Sequence record: SRR33789315_88
DNA length: 42,151 bases
Direction: 5' to 3' (one strand)
Of this stretch, positions 9,088 to 20,477 are shown one piece after another. Below the pieces are notes generated by a model. The model saw nothing but the letters and a program-made list of their open reading frames with translations, searched no databases and was not told where the DNA came from. The first letter of the stretch is position 1; each line of letters starts with the position of its first letter. The position numbers and the translations under genes are program-made.

Positions 9088-10227
9088 GTGGAAACTATGA
9101 TTTCTTCGTATGAAATAAAATCTCTCTATCTACATTTTCCGCATTGTCGGCATTTATGTAATTATTGCGACTTCTTTAAGTCGGTTCCAGCTGATTTTGA
9201 TGAAGCGCGTGATGTGTTTCAGTTTCGTCTTGAGAATCAATGGGAGCAACAAGAGCATTGGTTTGAATCACTCGGTTATCGCTTTGCTCCACTTGATACA
9301 CTTTATCTTGGTGGAGGAACACCATCACTTTGGGGTGTTAATGGAGCTAAGTGGTTTGAGTTTTTAATTCCATCAAAAATTCAAGTTAATGAAAAAACTG
9401 AGTGGACCATGGAAGTTAATCCTGGTGCTTGGGATGATGAAGGGCTTAAGGCTTGGCAGGGTCTAGGAGTGAATCGCTTTTCAATGGGCGTTCAATCTTA
9501 CAATGAAAAATTTCTAAAAGTACTGGATCGTTTTCATGATTTAACTGATGTTGATTCTTTACTTAGACGTTTTAAAGACCATCATTTTAGTGTCGATTTA
9601 ATGCTTGGTTTACCTTTTAGTCAGACTTGGAATCGTGATTTAAAAGCTGAAATTCTAAGATTGATTGATAGTGGTGCAGAACATTTTAGTGTTTATATTT
9701 TAACAGTTAAAGACAACTACAAGCATTATAAAGATCTACCAAGCGAAGAGTATATTGAAGAAGAATATCTCCTCACCAGCGAGCTTTTACGCGCGCACGG
9801 ATTTGATCATTATGAAGTCTCAAACTTTGCAAAACCCGGTGCAAAGGCTAGACATAATTTAAAGTATTGGCAGGCAGAATCGGTAGCAGCTCTTGGGCCT
9901 TCGGCGGTTGGATATTTAGCAGATACGGGTCATCGTTATAAATGGAAACCGAATCAAGATTTCTTTGAAATTGAAGAGCTGGATCAAGCGGCGATTGATT
10001 TAGAGCGTGCCTATCTTCAACTGCGTCTCGACACTGGGTTAATAGATTTTAATGAGTCTCTACGATCTAGCGATATTATTGAGCTAAAAGGCTTGATGCA
10101 AAAATGGAAGAAGGCTGGTTGGCTTAAGCCAGAATCGTCTATATCCAAAATCATGCTTACACCGAATGGCTTTTTAATGATGGATAGCGTCACTGGAGAC
10201 TTATTAAAGTCTGGCCTAATCAAGTAA
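9088..10227 (+). CDS. hemW: Radical SAM heme chaperone HemW (HemN-like)
   Basis: LYLHFPHCRHLCNYCDF, YLGGGTPS, YEVSNFA, HNLKYW; position upstream of grpE-dnaK-dnaJ. Confidence 0.88.
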   Translation: METMISSYEIKSLYLHFPHCRHLCNYCDFFKSVPADFDEARDVFQFRLENQWEQQEHWFESLGYRFAPLDTLYLGGGTPSLWGVNGAKWFEFLIPSKIQVNEKTEWTMEVNPGAWDDEGLKAWQGLGVNRFSMGVQSYNEKFLKVLDRFHDLTDVDSLLRRFKDHHFSVDLMLGLPFSQTWNRDLKAEILRLIDSGAEHFSVYILTVKDNYKHYKDLPSEEYIEEEYLLTSELLRAHGFDHYEVSNFAKPGAKARHNLKYWQAESVAALGPSAVGYLADTGHRYKWKPNQDFFEIEELDQAAIDLERAYLQLRLDTGLIDFNESLRSSDIIELKGLMQKWKKAGWLKPESSISKIMLTPNGFLMMDSVTGDLLKSGLIK

Positions 10228-10273
10228 TTTCAGTAAATTAAAGCCCTTATAAGAATTAATTTAACTACTAGCA

Positions 10274-10300
10274 TTGACAGTGGCACGTTTGCTCCCATCT
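10274..10300 (+). promoter_or_regulatory. Putative promoter of grpE-dnaK-dnaJ (RpoH-like)
   Basis: TTGACA-N14-CCCATCT upstream of grpE, resembling the sigma32 -35/-10 arrangement. Confidence 0.45.
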
Positions 10301-10333
10301 TAGAGGGGTAAGAGTGATTAATGTTGAGGATAA

Positions 10334-10885
10334 ATGATGAGCGAAAACACTGATACGACAATTAATGAAGAAGAGTTAAAAACTGATGCTCAAGTTGAAG
10401 CTGACGCGACTGAAGAAGTTGATCAGGATAACGTTACTGAGTTAAAAAATGAGCAAGAAGATTTTAAAGCAAAATTTTATTATCTAGCAGCTGATATGGA
10501 TAATTTGCGTAAACGTCATGAGCGCGAACGCGAGCAACTTATTAAGTTTGGTAACGAAAAAGTTTTATCAAATCTTTTGGATGTTATCGATAATCTTGAG
10601 CGCACAACTACTGCGATTAAAGATGATGAAGACGAAAAGGTTAAGAATATTTTCGTCGGCATTGATATGGTTCAAAAGCAATTTCTTGAATGTTTAAAAA
10701 ATAACGGACTTCAAACGATTGAAGCAGTTGGAAAAGACTTTGACCCGAATTTCCATGAAGCCCTGGCACAGCAGCCAGCTGAAGGAAAAAAAGATGGTGA
10801 AGTCATTTTGGAATATCAAAAAGGTTATGTACTCAACGGAAGACTACTAAGAGCCGCAAAAGTAGTAGTAGCAAAAAACGATTAA
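10334..10885 (+). CDS. grpE: Nucleotide exchange factor GrpE
   Basis: ADMDNLRKR, FDPNFHEAL, QKGYVLNGRLLRAAKVVV; GAGGA RBS. Confidence 0.96.
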   Translation: MMSENTDTTINEEELKTDAQVEADATEEVDQDNVTELKNEQEDFKAKFYYLAADMDNLRKRHEREREQLIKFGNEKVLSNLLDVIDNLERTTTAIKDDEDEKVKNIFVGIDMVQKQFLECLKNNGLQTIEAVGKDFDPNFHEALAQQPAEGKKDGEVILEYQKGYVLNGRLLRAAKVVVAKND

Positions 10886-10914
10886 TTTAGGTTTATAAAT
10901 AGAAGGAGAATATT

Positions 10915-12831
10915 ATGGGTAAAATTATTGGAATCGACCTTGGGACAACCAACTCATGTGTCGCAGTACTAGAAAACGGTAAATACAAAATCATTCCAAA
11001 TAGCGAAGGTCATAATACAACTCCTTCAGTTATTGGCTTTGCTAACAACGGTGATACTCTTGTTGGACAAGTTGCTAAGCGCCAAGCGGTAACAAATCCA
11101 GCTAAGACTCTTCACGGTGTTAAGCGTTTGATCGGTCGTAAATTTGAAACTCCTGAAGCAAAGAAATTTGCTGGTGTTGCTCCATTTGAGATTTTCTCAA
11201 ACAAAAATGGTGATGCTTGGGTACGTGTTGATGGCCGTGAAATGTCTCCACAAGAAATCTCAGCTAAAGTTCTTGAGAAAATGAAGAAGTCTGCAGAAGA
11301 TTATCTTGGTGAAAAAGTAACTGAAGCTGTTATTACAGTTCCTGCTTACTTTAACGATGCTCAAAGACAAGCCACAAAAGATGCCGGTAAAATTGCGGGC
11401 CTTGATGTTAAACGTATCATCAACGAGCCAACAGCTGCCGCTCTTGCTTACGGACTAGACAGCAAAGCTGATAAAAATATTGCAGTTTTCGACCTAGGTG
11501 GCGGAACATTCGATATTTCAATTCTTGAAATCACTAGTGATGGTGTTTTTGAAGTTAAAGCAACTAACGGGGATACATTCCTTGGTGGTGAAAACTTTGA
11601 TGAAGAAATCATTGATTTTCTTGCTGAAACTTTCCAAAAAGAAAATGGAATTGATCTACGTAAAGACCAAATGGCTCTTCAGCGTCTTAAAGAAGCTGCT
11701 GAAAAAGCTAAGCATGAGCTTTCAAGCACGACATCAACTGAAGTTAACCTTCCGTTCATCACTGCTGATGCTTCAGGCCCAAAACATTTAAATGTAAATC
11801 TAACTCGCGCCAAGTTTGAGTCATTGATCTCTAAGTATATCGATGGACTTGCGACACCATGTCTTACATGTCTTAAAGACTCAGGTCTTGATAAGAATGA
11901 AATTCATGAGATCGTTCTTGTTGGTGGTTCAACTCGTATCCCAATCGTTCAAGCTCGTGTTAAAGAGATCTTTGGTAAAGAAGCTTCAAAAGGTGTTAAC
12001 CCTGACGAAGTTGTTGCCGCTGGTGCAGCTATTCAAGGTGGCGTTCTAGCTGGAGACGTTAAAGACGTACTTCTTCTTGACGTAACTCCTCTTTCTCTAG
12101 GGATTGAAACTCTTGGTGGCGTGATGACTAAAATCATCGAGAAGAATACAACGATTCCAACTAAGAAATCACAAGTGTTCTCAACAGCTCAAGACAATCA
12201 GCCAGCTGTTAACATTCACGTCCTTCAAGGTGAGCGTGAGTTCTCTAACGACAACAAGACTCTTGGTCGTTTTGATCTTACAGGTATCTCTCCAGCTGCA
12301 CGTGGTGTTCCACAAATTGAAGTAACTTTTGATATCGATGCTAACGGTATCGTTAATGTTTCTGCTGTTGATAAAGCAACAAACAAGAAGCAAGAAATTA
12401 GAATTACTGCTGGTTCAGGCTTAACTGATGAAGAAATTCAGCGCATGGTTCGTGAAGCAGAAGAAAACCGCGAAGGCGATCAAAAGCGTCGTGAAGTTGT
12501 TGATGCTAGAAACAACCTTGATGCTTTAGTTCTTGGTGCTGAAAAAATGCTTAAAGAAGGTGGCGATAAAATTGCTGACCAAGATAAGACTGATCTTCAA
12601 GCAGCTGTTGATTCAGCTAAGGGTAAACTGCAAAGTGAAAACCTTGATGAATTAAAAGGTGAGATGGAAAGACTGCAAAACGCATCTCATAAAATTGCTG
12701 AGCAAATGTACCAAGCCGGCGCTGCAGGCGCTGACGCTGGTGCAAATCCAAACCCAGGCGCGGATGCTGGAACTGGAAGCCAGAAGAAAGATGACGATGA
12801 TGTTGTTGATGCTGACTTCAAAGAAGTTTAA
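10915..12831 (+). CDS. dnaK: Chaperone DnaK (Hsp70)
   Basis: [34 protein letters not shown]-terminal VVDADFKEV. Confidence 0.99.
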   Translation: MGKIIGIDLGTTNSCVAVLENGKYKIIPNSEGHNTTPSVIGFANNGDTLVGQVAKRQAVTNPAKTLHGVKRLIGRKFETPEAKKFAGVAPFEIFSNKNGDAWVRVDGREMSPQEISAKVLEKMKKSAEDYLGEKVTEAVITVPAYFNDAQRQATKDAGKIAGLDVKRIINEPTAAALAYGLDSKADKNIAVFDLGGGTFDISILEITSDGVFEVKATNGDTFLGGENFDEEIIDFLAETFQKENGIDLRKDQMALQRLKEAAEKAKHELSSTTSTEVNLPFITADASGPKHLNVNLTRAKFESLISKYIDGLATPCLTCLKDSGLDKNEIHEIVLVGGSTRIPIVQARVKEIFGKEASKGVNPDEVVAAGAAIQGGVLAGDVKDVLLLDVTPLSLGIETLGGVMTKIIEKNTTIPTKKSQVFSTAQDNQPAVNIHVLQGEREFSNDNKTLGRFDLTGISPAARGVPQIEVTFDIDANGIVNVSAVDKATNKKQEIRITAGSGLTDEEIQRMVREAEENREGDQKRREVVDARNNLDALVLGAEKMLKEGGDKIADQDKTDLQAAVDSAKGKLQSENLDELKGEMERLQNASHKIAEQMYQAGAAGADAGANPNPGADAGTGSQKKDDDDVVDADFKEV

Positions 12832-12855
12832 GAATTTTATAAAAGTTTAGTTTTT

Positions 12856-12888
12856 GAGGTCTCCTATTGATGGGAGACCTCTTTATTT
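12856..12888 (+). terminator. Hairpin/terminator between dnaK and dnaJ
   Basis: GAGGTCTCC-tattgatg-GGAGACCTC followed by TTTATTT. Confidence 0.7.
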
Positions 12889-12907
12889 GAAAATGAAATG
12901 GTGATGT

Positions 12908-14047
12908 ATGGCAAAACGTGATTATTATGAAGTCTTAGGATTACAAAAAGGTGCTTCTAAAGACGAAATTAAAAAAGCTTATCGCAAGCTTGCTATGCAA
13001 CACCACCCAGATAGAAATCCAGATAACAAAGAATCAGAAGCTAAATTTAAAGAAGGCTCTGAAGCAGCCGAAGTCCTACTCAACGAAGATAAACGCAAGC
13101 GTTATGATCAGTTTGGTCACGCTGGTGTCGACGGTATGAATGGCGGCGGCGGTGGCGGTTTTGGAGGCGGTGGCTTTCAAGACTTTGGCGATCTTGGTGA
13201 TATCTTCGGTGATATCTTTGGTGAATTCATGGGCGGCGGTCGTGGCCGCGGTCGCGGTGGTCGCAGAAGTACAGGGCGCCCTGGAAACGATTTGCAAATG
13301 CCAATTGAAGTTTCATTTCATGAAGCTGCCTTTGGTGTTGAAAAGAAAATATCTATTAACCGCCAAGTCAGCTGTGAAACATGTAATGGCACAGGTGGAA
13401 AAAACGGTGCTCGCCCAGTGGATTGTGGCACTTGTCACGGTTACGGCGAAGTAAGAAGACAGCAAGGTTTTTTCACAGTGGCAACTCCATGTCCAACTTG
13501 TCATGGTTCTGGACAAACAATCTCTGATCCATGCGGTAGTTGTTCTGGTGAAGGACGTCGCCGTAAAAAAGTTGATATCGCTGTTAAAGTTCCAGCAGGT
13601 ATCGATGGTGGGCAGCGCTTAAAACTTTCAGGTGAAGGTGACGCTGGTGGTATGGGTGGACCTGCCGGAGATCTTTACGTTGAAATTCGAGTTAAAGATC
13701 ACGAGCTATTTGAGCGTGATGGTTTTGATGTTCATTGCACGATTCCGGTAAGTTTCTCTCAAGCTGCACTTGGTGCAGAGATAGAAGTTCCAACTCTTGA
13801 AGGCAAAGTCATGGTGAGCATTCCTGAAGGTGCTCAATCAGGACGTCGTATGCGTCTTAAAGCTAAAGGAATACAAAAACTTGGTGGTTACGGCATCGGC
13901 GATCAGATTCTAACTATCCATGTTGAAACACCAACCAAGCTTTCTTCTGAACAAAGAGATTTGTTTAAACGATTGAGTGAACTGGATGGGGAAAGTAACC
14001 CGATGGGTCGTGGATTCTTCGATAAGGTTCGCGATCTATTTCAATAA
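12908..14047 (+). CDS. dnaJ: Chaperone DnaJ
   Basis: J domain HPD, G/F-rich region, four CxxCxGxG motifs. Confidence 0.99.
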   Translation: MAKRDYYEVLGLQKGASKDEIKKAYRKLAMQHHPDRNPDNKESEAKFKEGSEAAEVLLNEDKRKRYDQFGHAGVDGMNGGGGGGFGGGGFQDFGDLGDIFGDIFGEFMGGGRGRGRGGRRSTGRPGNDLQMPIEVSFHEAAFGVEKKISINRQVSCETCNGTGGKNGARPVDCGTCHGYGEVRRQQGFFTVATPCPTCHGSGQTISDPCGSCSGEGRRRKKVDIAVKVPAGIDGGQRLKLSGEGDAGGMGGPAGDLYVEIRVKDHELFERDGFDVHCTIPVSFSQAALGAEIEVPTLEGKVMVSIPEGAQSGRRMRLKAKGIQKLGGYGIGDQILTIHVETPTKLSSEQRDLFKRLSELDGESNPMGRGFFDKVRDLFQ

Positions 14048-14060
14048 CCAACTGCACTAG

Positions 14061-14092
14061 GCGGGATAAAAAGATTATCCCGCGCTTCTTTT
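14061..14092 (+). terminator. Intrinsic terminator after dnaJ
   Basis: GCGGGATAA-aaaga-TTATCCCGC followed by GCTTCTTTT. Confidence 0.65.
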
Positions 14093-14150
14093 ACTTTAGC
14101 ATCTTCCCTCTATAAAATAAGGCAGTTCTAAACGATCAAGGTTGATTGAT

Positions 14151-16130
14151 ATGGCTATATTTTGGCGCATTTATCTTATCTCATTATTTCTCTTTGTAAG
14201 TGGGTGCTCTGGCATTCAAATGCTTGGATCTAAAGATGTTAGCTATCTTTATAGTGACGAGTTCACTGCAAAAATAACGACAGTTAAAGAATTATATCGT
14301 ACTGGAAAATCTAATGAGGCCTTGAATCAATTAAAGAAAATTGATGAACAAGTTTTAAATGCTAGTGAAAGAGCTATGCGCCGAAATCTCATTGGTGTGA
14401 TTAATTTTTCACAGAAAAACTTTGAACAAGCCGTTTATAATTTCGAACTTGCCCTTACAACTTCACAAGAAGATCCAGGACTAACAGCTCAGATTGGTCT
14501 CAACTTAGCTAGCGGTCATTTTAAAATGGGCGCGATGGATAAAGCCTATAATGCTTTAGTCGCAGCTCAGCCTGAAAATTTAGAGCTTAATGAGCAAAAA
14601 AAATATCATCAATTACGTTTTAGTTTAGCCAAGGAATTAGGAAAGCTTGAAGATGCTGCATCATCTATGTTTGCTTATCTTGCTGATAAAAAAAGTCTGT
14701 CAGATTTAAGAGCAGATCCTGTCTTTGAAAAACTCATCTCTGTCTTCAATGAAATCGATGAAAGAGCACGCCTTAGAATTTTAGAAGAAAATTCCAAGCC
14801 ATTAGCAACGGCTCCTGCTTATATTGGATACCTGCAAGCTGAGCGACTTTATTACGAAGGCAAAAAAGACGAATCAACTTCAGTCATTTCATGGATCAAA
14901 TCTTCATTTTCAGAGCAGGCTGAAATTATCGAGCTTCTTGATGGATTTGTTTATCGCATTGAGAACTATGCCAAAATGGATCCAAAATCGATTGGCGTGA
15001 TCTTACCTTTAAGTGGGCCAAAGGCTGATTTTGGTAAGCGTGTTTTACTTGGGCTTGATGCTGCTTTAAAAGAAGTTAATGGTTCAAAGAATCCTGAATT
15101 TAGACCATTTAATCTTCACTTTAGAGACTCAGAAGGTGGTGGAGCATTGGGTGCTCACCGTGTACGCGATCTTATCGAAAAACAAATGGTCTCAGTTATT
15201 ATCGGTGGATTATTTTCAAGTGAGGCGACCAAAGAATATTTAGAGGCTAGAAAGTATGGAGTCTTCTTTGTTTCTCTATCTCAAATCTTTTTACCAAAAG
15301 AACAAAAAGATCATCTTCTTTTAGAAATTCCAGGCAGTGTTGAATCACAAATGGCTCAAGTCTTCTCTTCTGAACTATTAAATGGATTTGGAAAACGTGG
15401 AGCCATTATTTATCCGCAAGGTGATCGTGGTCAAGCTTACTTAAATGAGTTTTGGCGTCGAGCACAGGAAAAAGATGTTCGTATTACTGGTGCTTTATCA
15501 TTCAAAGAAAAAGAAACAGACTTTAGAGTTCCTGTTCAAAAACTTTTAGGACTACATTTTACTCGAGAGCGCCAAGAAGAACTTGATCTGTTGAGTGAAG
15601 TTCATGCGCTTGAGAAGAAAAAATCAATTCGAAGAATTCAAACGTTAAAGCCTCAGGTTGATTTTGATTGGGTCTTTGTGCCTGCCTATCCTGAAGAAGC
15701 TTTACAATTACTTCCATCATTCAGTTATTACGATGCTGAAAATTTAAATATTATCGGAACTCCTAGTTGGAGAACTCAACGCCTACTTCGTGAAAGTCCA
15801 AAACTTGGTAAGCTCTACTTTGTCGGCGATAATGTCGAGCAAGCATCACAAGCCTTTTCAGAAAACTTTGTTAAGCGATTTAATAAGGCGCCAAAGCTTA
15901 TTGAAATGAGATCTTACGATGCACTTAAGACATCACTTAAACTTCTTAATGGTAAAGATTATAATACTCGAGATGAGTTTAATGCTGCTATCAGAAGCCA
16001 AACAAAGCTTGAAGCGATGACTGGTATTTGGAATCTAGTTGATGGTATCTGGTTAAAAGATATGGAAACACTCATGCTTTATCGTGGCAGAATTAAAGAA
16101 GCTACTATTGTTGAGTCTGCGGCCGAATAA
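14151..16130 (+). CDS. LpoA-like lipoprotein (TPR + periplasmic-binding-protein fold)
   Basis: Lipobox FVSGC, N-terminal TPR-like helices, C-terminal IGVILPLSG...VDFDWVFVPA...SYDA typical of LppC/LpoA. ATG 14151 preferred over TTG 14142. Confidence 0.75.
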   Translation: MAIFWRIYLISLFLFVSGCSGIQMLGSKDVSYLYSDEFTAKITTVKELYRTGKSNEALNQLKKIDEQVLNASERAMRRNLIGVINFSQKNFEQAVYNFELALTTSQEDPGLTAQIGLNLASGHFKMGAMDKAYNALVAAQPENLELNEQKKYHQLRFSLAKELGKLEDAASSMFAYLADKKSLSDLRADPVFEKLISVFNEIDERARLRILEENSKPLATAPAYIGYLQAERLYYEGKKDESTSVISWIKSSFSEQAEIIELLDGFVYRIENYAKMDPKSIGVILPLSGPKADFGKRVLLGLDAALKEVNGSKNPEFRPFNLHFRDSEGGGALGAHRVRDLIEKQMVSVIIGGLFSSEATKEYLEARKYGVFFVSLSQIFLPKEQKDHLLLEIPGSVESQMAQVFSSELLNGFGKRGAIIYPQGDRGQAYLNEFWRRAQEKDVRITGALSFKEKETDFRVPVQKLLGLHFTRERQEELDLLSEVHALEKKKSIRRIQTLKPQVDFDWVFVPAYPEEALQLLPSFSYYDAENLNIIGTPSWRTQRLLRESPKLGKLYFVGDNVEQASQAFSENFVKRFNKAPKLIEMRSYDALKTSLKLLNGKDYNTRDEFNAAIRSQTKLEAMTGIWNLVDGIWLKDMETLMLYRGRIKEATIVESAAE

Positions 16131-17061
16131 GACCGCGCCAAATACCAAGTCCGTATGAAATATTAATAGCCATTTGAATCACTGCAACTCTTAACCAAAG
16201 TGTTTTTCCAAAATACACAGAGGTTGAAAGGTTGATGATGAGATAAGCAACTATTAAAGCTAAAAGTTTGGGAATGAATACCGTCCAGATGGGTAGCAAT
16301 AATAGGTAAAGAACGAAAAAAGCCGGAACAAAAAATCTTAAATCAAGTGAAGCTGGGTGTAGTGCAAAAGAGCGTAAGCGATTCTCTCCACTTGAACTTA
16401 CGGCCTTATATAGAGCTTTAAAGTTATCCTTTCGCTTATGAAAGACATAAAGCTTTGGAGACCAAGCCATACTTAAATTTTTAAGACTCAGCTCGTTTAA
16501 CATGACATTTTCTTCATTACGCCAAAAATCTTTTGGAAATGGATTTTGTGGAAGCTTTGATTTTTTAATCCATAAATTGCAAAGAATTAACGAACTCTCA
16601 TCAACATTGTGGTTCATTTTTAAATTCTTATCGTGTCGATATCTAGTTTTAGAGGTTGATAACGGAGAGGTAAGGGCAAGTCCAATAGCTTTCTCCCAAG
16701 GTCCTGCATTTGGAAATGTCGCATCTGGGCCACCAAGGACATCAGGCGAAGTTTCAGCCAATAATGATTCTAGGCTTTCAAAATAATGATCAGATAATTT
16801 AATGTCATCATCTAAAAAGCCAATCCATTCACCTGACGCAAAATGTAGAGCATAATTTCTAGCTTGCGCCGGAGTAGATCGTTCAATCTTTGAAAAATGA
16901 AATCCTGATTGGTTTTTCATGTATTCATTTGTGGCAGGATCTTCGCCATTGAGGACAATAATAATCTCAGTCGATGGTGGGCGCTGACTCTCAATACTTG
17001 CCAGGCATTCTTTCAAAAGTGCCAAGCGTTGGTGGGTAATGATGATCAGAGAATACTTCAT
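16105..17061 (-). CDS. Glycosyltransferase family 2 with C-terminal membrane helices
   Basis: MKYSLIIITHQR, AQARNYAL, GFLDDD (DxD); start placed at ATG 17061. Confidence 0.88.
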   Translation of the reverse strand: MKYSLIIITHQRLALLKECLASIESQRPPSTEIIIVLNGEDPATNEYMKNQSGFHFSKIERSTPAQARNYALHFASGEWIGFLDDDIKLSDHYFESLESLLAETSPDVLGGPDATFPNAGPWEKAIGLALTSPLSTSKTRYRHDKNLKMNHNVDESSLILCNLWIKKSKLPQNPFPKDFWRNEENVMLNELSLKNLSMAWSPKLYVFHKRKDNFKALYKAVSSSGENRLRSFALHPASLDLRFFVPAFFVLYLLLLPIWTVFIPKLLALIVAYLIINLSTSVYFGKTLWLRVAVIQMAINISYGLGIWRGLIRPQTQQ

Positions 17062-17124
17062 GAATAAATCATGCCCATGCAAAGTGCTTATGGCAATTAT
17101 CAAGACAGCGTATTAGAATAAGAT

Positions 17125-18132
17125 ATGTCTAAATTTGTTATTCATTTTGATTTTTACGGCGAGAAACTACGTCTATCCAGTGATAGCGAAGAGCTGATAA
17201 ATCGCTTGTCCAAAGACTTTTCCTATTTTAAGCGAGATGAATTTCAAAGTTCGAAATATAGTTTTGAAGCTTTGCTGCAAGAGGCACCTAAAAGCGAAAG
17301 TCCTACTGGTGTTGCCTCAAAGCAATCATTGCAGTCTTTAAGTTTTGATTACGGTCATATTCGATACAATGATTATCACGGCAAGTTGTTGAGTCGCTTT
17401 GACTATTCAAATGAAACAGCAAAACTTTGGTCAAAAGATATCGAGAAACTGCATGAAGTAAGCTACCTGCTCATTTTATCAAGAGTGGGTAAGGCGCTTG
17501 ATCTTCGTGGTCTTAATAAAGTCCACGCTATGTCGTTCACTAAAGGTGAGACGAGTTTGATTGGTATGATGCCAATGAAAGGTGGGAAAAGTACGCTATT
17601 AGCAAATTTATTAAATGATCAGTCTATTTCAATCATTTCCGATGATTGTCCTATCATCAATCTGCAAGGAAATATCGTTCCATTTCCACTCAGGCTAGGT
17701 GTTGATGAACTTAGTGTTGAAGCAGGATTAAAAGATCCTGAAAAAAATTGTTATATTCTAGAACGCGATTTTTATGGAACAAAAAAACTTATTAGCCTTG
17801 AAGGACTTCCACATTCAGTTGGATTGGTTAAACCAAGGCAAGTTCTTTTTGTTGGTAAGCGCGCTCCAGGACAAGAATCAAAGTGGACGAAAGTTTCAAA
17901 GTTCTCGATGATTTGGCCGTTGTTTATCAATATGGTCGTAGGCTTAGGTCTTCCCATGGTGATGGAATACTTTTGGGAAAATGGATTTGTTGATTTTTTA
18001 AGAAAGTCTAAGATTGCAATTTTAAGAATGATAAGTGCGATGGCGCTTTTATTGAAAAGCGAATGCTATGAATTTCAAATGAGCGATAAGCCACAGGAGA
18101 ACGCAAAGTTTCTCCTGTCAAAAATAAACTAG
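17125..18132 (+). CDS. HprK-related P-loop protein
   Basis: VHAMS...GMMPMKGGKSTLL...IISDDCP resembles the HPr kinase-like core; Walker A atypical. Confidence 0.6.
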   Translation: MSKFVIHFDFYGEKLRLSSDSEELINRLSKDFSYFKRDEFQSSKYSFEALLQEAPKSESPTGVASKQSLQSLSFDYGHIRYNDYHGKLLSRFDYSNETAKLWSKDIEKLHEVSYLLILSRVGKALDLRGLNKVHAMSFTKGETSLIGMMPMKGGKSTLLANLLNDQSISIISDDCPIINLQGNIVPFPLRLGVDELSVEAGLKDPEKNCYILERDFYGTKKLISLEGLPHSVGLVKPRQVLFVGKRAPGQESKWTKVSKFSMIWPLFINMVVGLGLPMVMEYFWENGFVDFLRKSKIAILRMISAMALLLKSECYEFQMSDKPQENAKFLLSKIN

Positions 18133-18141
18133 ATCGAAGAA

Positions 18142-18243
18142 TTACTTTTTAGCAGCAATCTTACGAGCAATACGAGCTTTAAGCTTCGCTTGACCCTTAC
18201 GACGGCGCATTTTTAATTCTGATTTTTTACGACCCATTCCCAT
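18142..18243 (-). CDS. Small basic protein, 33 aa (not in ORF track)
   Basis: MGMGRKKSELKMRRRKGQAKLKARIARKIAAKK*; AAGGA RBS; CGT/GCT/AAA codons as in dnaK and mreB; upstream sigma70-like promoter. Confidence 0.8.
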   Translation of the reverse strand: MGMGRKKSELKMRRRKGQAKLKARIARKIAAKK

Positions 18244-18286
18244 GACAATATCCTTGCTTGGTTTAAATTTAACTTTAAGGTTCGTG

Positions 18287-18315
18287 ATCCTAATGAAATC
18301 AGGGCCTAAAGGCAA
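18287..18315 (-). promoter_or_regulatory. Sigma70-like promoter of the small basic protein gene
   Basis: Minus strand TTGCCT-17 nt-TAGGAT. Confidence 0.6.
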
Positions 18316-18417
18316 GTGTGTTGTTGCGCGTTATAGGGTCAACCTTCGTCATTTTGAGGATTTAGTGTTGTCAGCAATAAAAACAGAGTGATAGATTGCT
18401 AGTATTATTATCTTTAT

Positions 18418-19389
18418 ATGAAGTTGGTAACGTTGAGCGTTAAAAAGAAAACAACAAAAAAGAAAGTCGTCAAAAAATCAGCAGCTGAAAGTAGCGCTAG
18501 AAAAATTATCCAAAAGGGTAAAGAGTCGCCAAAAGCCAAAACAAAGCTTCAGGTTGATGATTATACAATGCACCCGATGAAGCTAAAGCTTAACTCAGGT
18601 CGTATTCACGGAAATGAAGAAAAAAGAAAAATCGCGATTGATATGCTCGAGCGCTACACTGGACATGATCTTAAAGATTTTCAAAAGCAAATCATTCTAA
18701 CTAATTTCCAATACTACAGTGAACGCTTTAATGCCTTACTGGATGATTCTTATTCAACCAAGGGCTCTGCTTTTAAGGCGTCTTCATCTAAAAAAGCTCA
18801 AGTTACGATTATTGAGTTTGGTGTAGGGGCAGCTATGGCGGCCTTGATTGGAGAGTTATTAGCAGTAGTTGAGCCAAAAGCTGTCTTGTTTTTGGGACTT
18901 GCTGGCGCTGTTCACCATTCATTAAAGGTTGGTGACTTTGTCCTGCCTATCGCTTCAATCCGTGCTGAAGGGGTGTCTAGACACTTCCTACCGTCACAGG
19001 TTCCAGCGCTTCCAACTTTTAAAGTTCAAAAGTTTGTCTCTCAGATCCTGGTTGAGCATGACTTGGAATACCGCACTGGTACTATTCACTCAACTGACTA
19101 CCGTTTCTGGGAATTTGATCAAGCCTTTAAAGAAAATTTGATTAACGAGCGTGTTTTAGCCGTGGAAATGGAAACTGCAGCTTTGTTTACATCATGTTTT
19201 GTGAGCAAGGTGAATATTGGTGCCCTTCTTTTGATTTCAGATCTGCCCCTACACAGAGGCGGTATCAAAACAAAAGCATCGGCAAAGAGTGTATTTAGAA
19301 AGTATACTGATAGGCATATTGAGATTGGTATTGAAGCCATGGCCGATATTGCCGACAGAGGTGAAAAAATTCGCCACTATACATGGTGA
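18418..19389 (+). CDS. amn: AMP nucleosidase (PNP/UDP phosphorylase fold) with Lys-rich N-terminal extension
   Basis: MLERYTG, IILTNF, FGVGAAMAA, YRFWE, AVEMETA, LLLISDLP. Start uncertain. Confidence 0.85.
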   Translation: MKLVTLSVKKKTTKKKVVKKSAAESSARKIIQKGKESPKAKTKLQVDDYTMHPMKLKLNSGRIHGNEEKRKIAIDMLERYTGHDLKDFQKQIILTNFQYYSERFNALLDDSYSTKGSAFKASSSKKAQVTIIEFGVGAAMAALIGELLAVVEPKAVLFLGLAGAVHHSLKVGDFVLPIASIRAEGVSRHFLPSQVPALPTFKVQKFVSQILVEHDLEYRTGTIHSTDYRFWEFDQAFKENLINERVLAVEMETAALFTSCFVSKVNIGALLLISDLPLHRGGIKTKASAKSVFRKYTDRHIEIGIEAMADIADRGEKIRHYTW

Positions 19390-19409
19390 CCTTCGACCTA
19401 TAAAGTTGA

Positions 19410-20468
<1,059 letters not shown>

Positions 20469-20477
20469 GGGACGGCC

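Noticed and set aside
10268-10322. CIRCE or sigma54 site before grpE
   Set aside because: Only partial CIRCE half-sites with wrong spacing; TGGCACG-TTTGC lacks the required -24/-12 spacing.
18315-18326. CAACAACACAC (minus strand) as a further sRNA target
   Set aside because: It lies upstream of the predicted -35 box, so it is probably not in the transcript.
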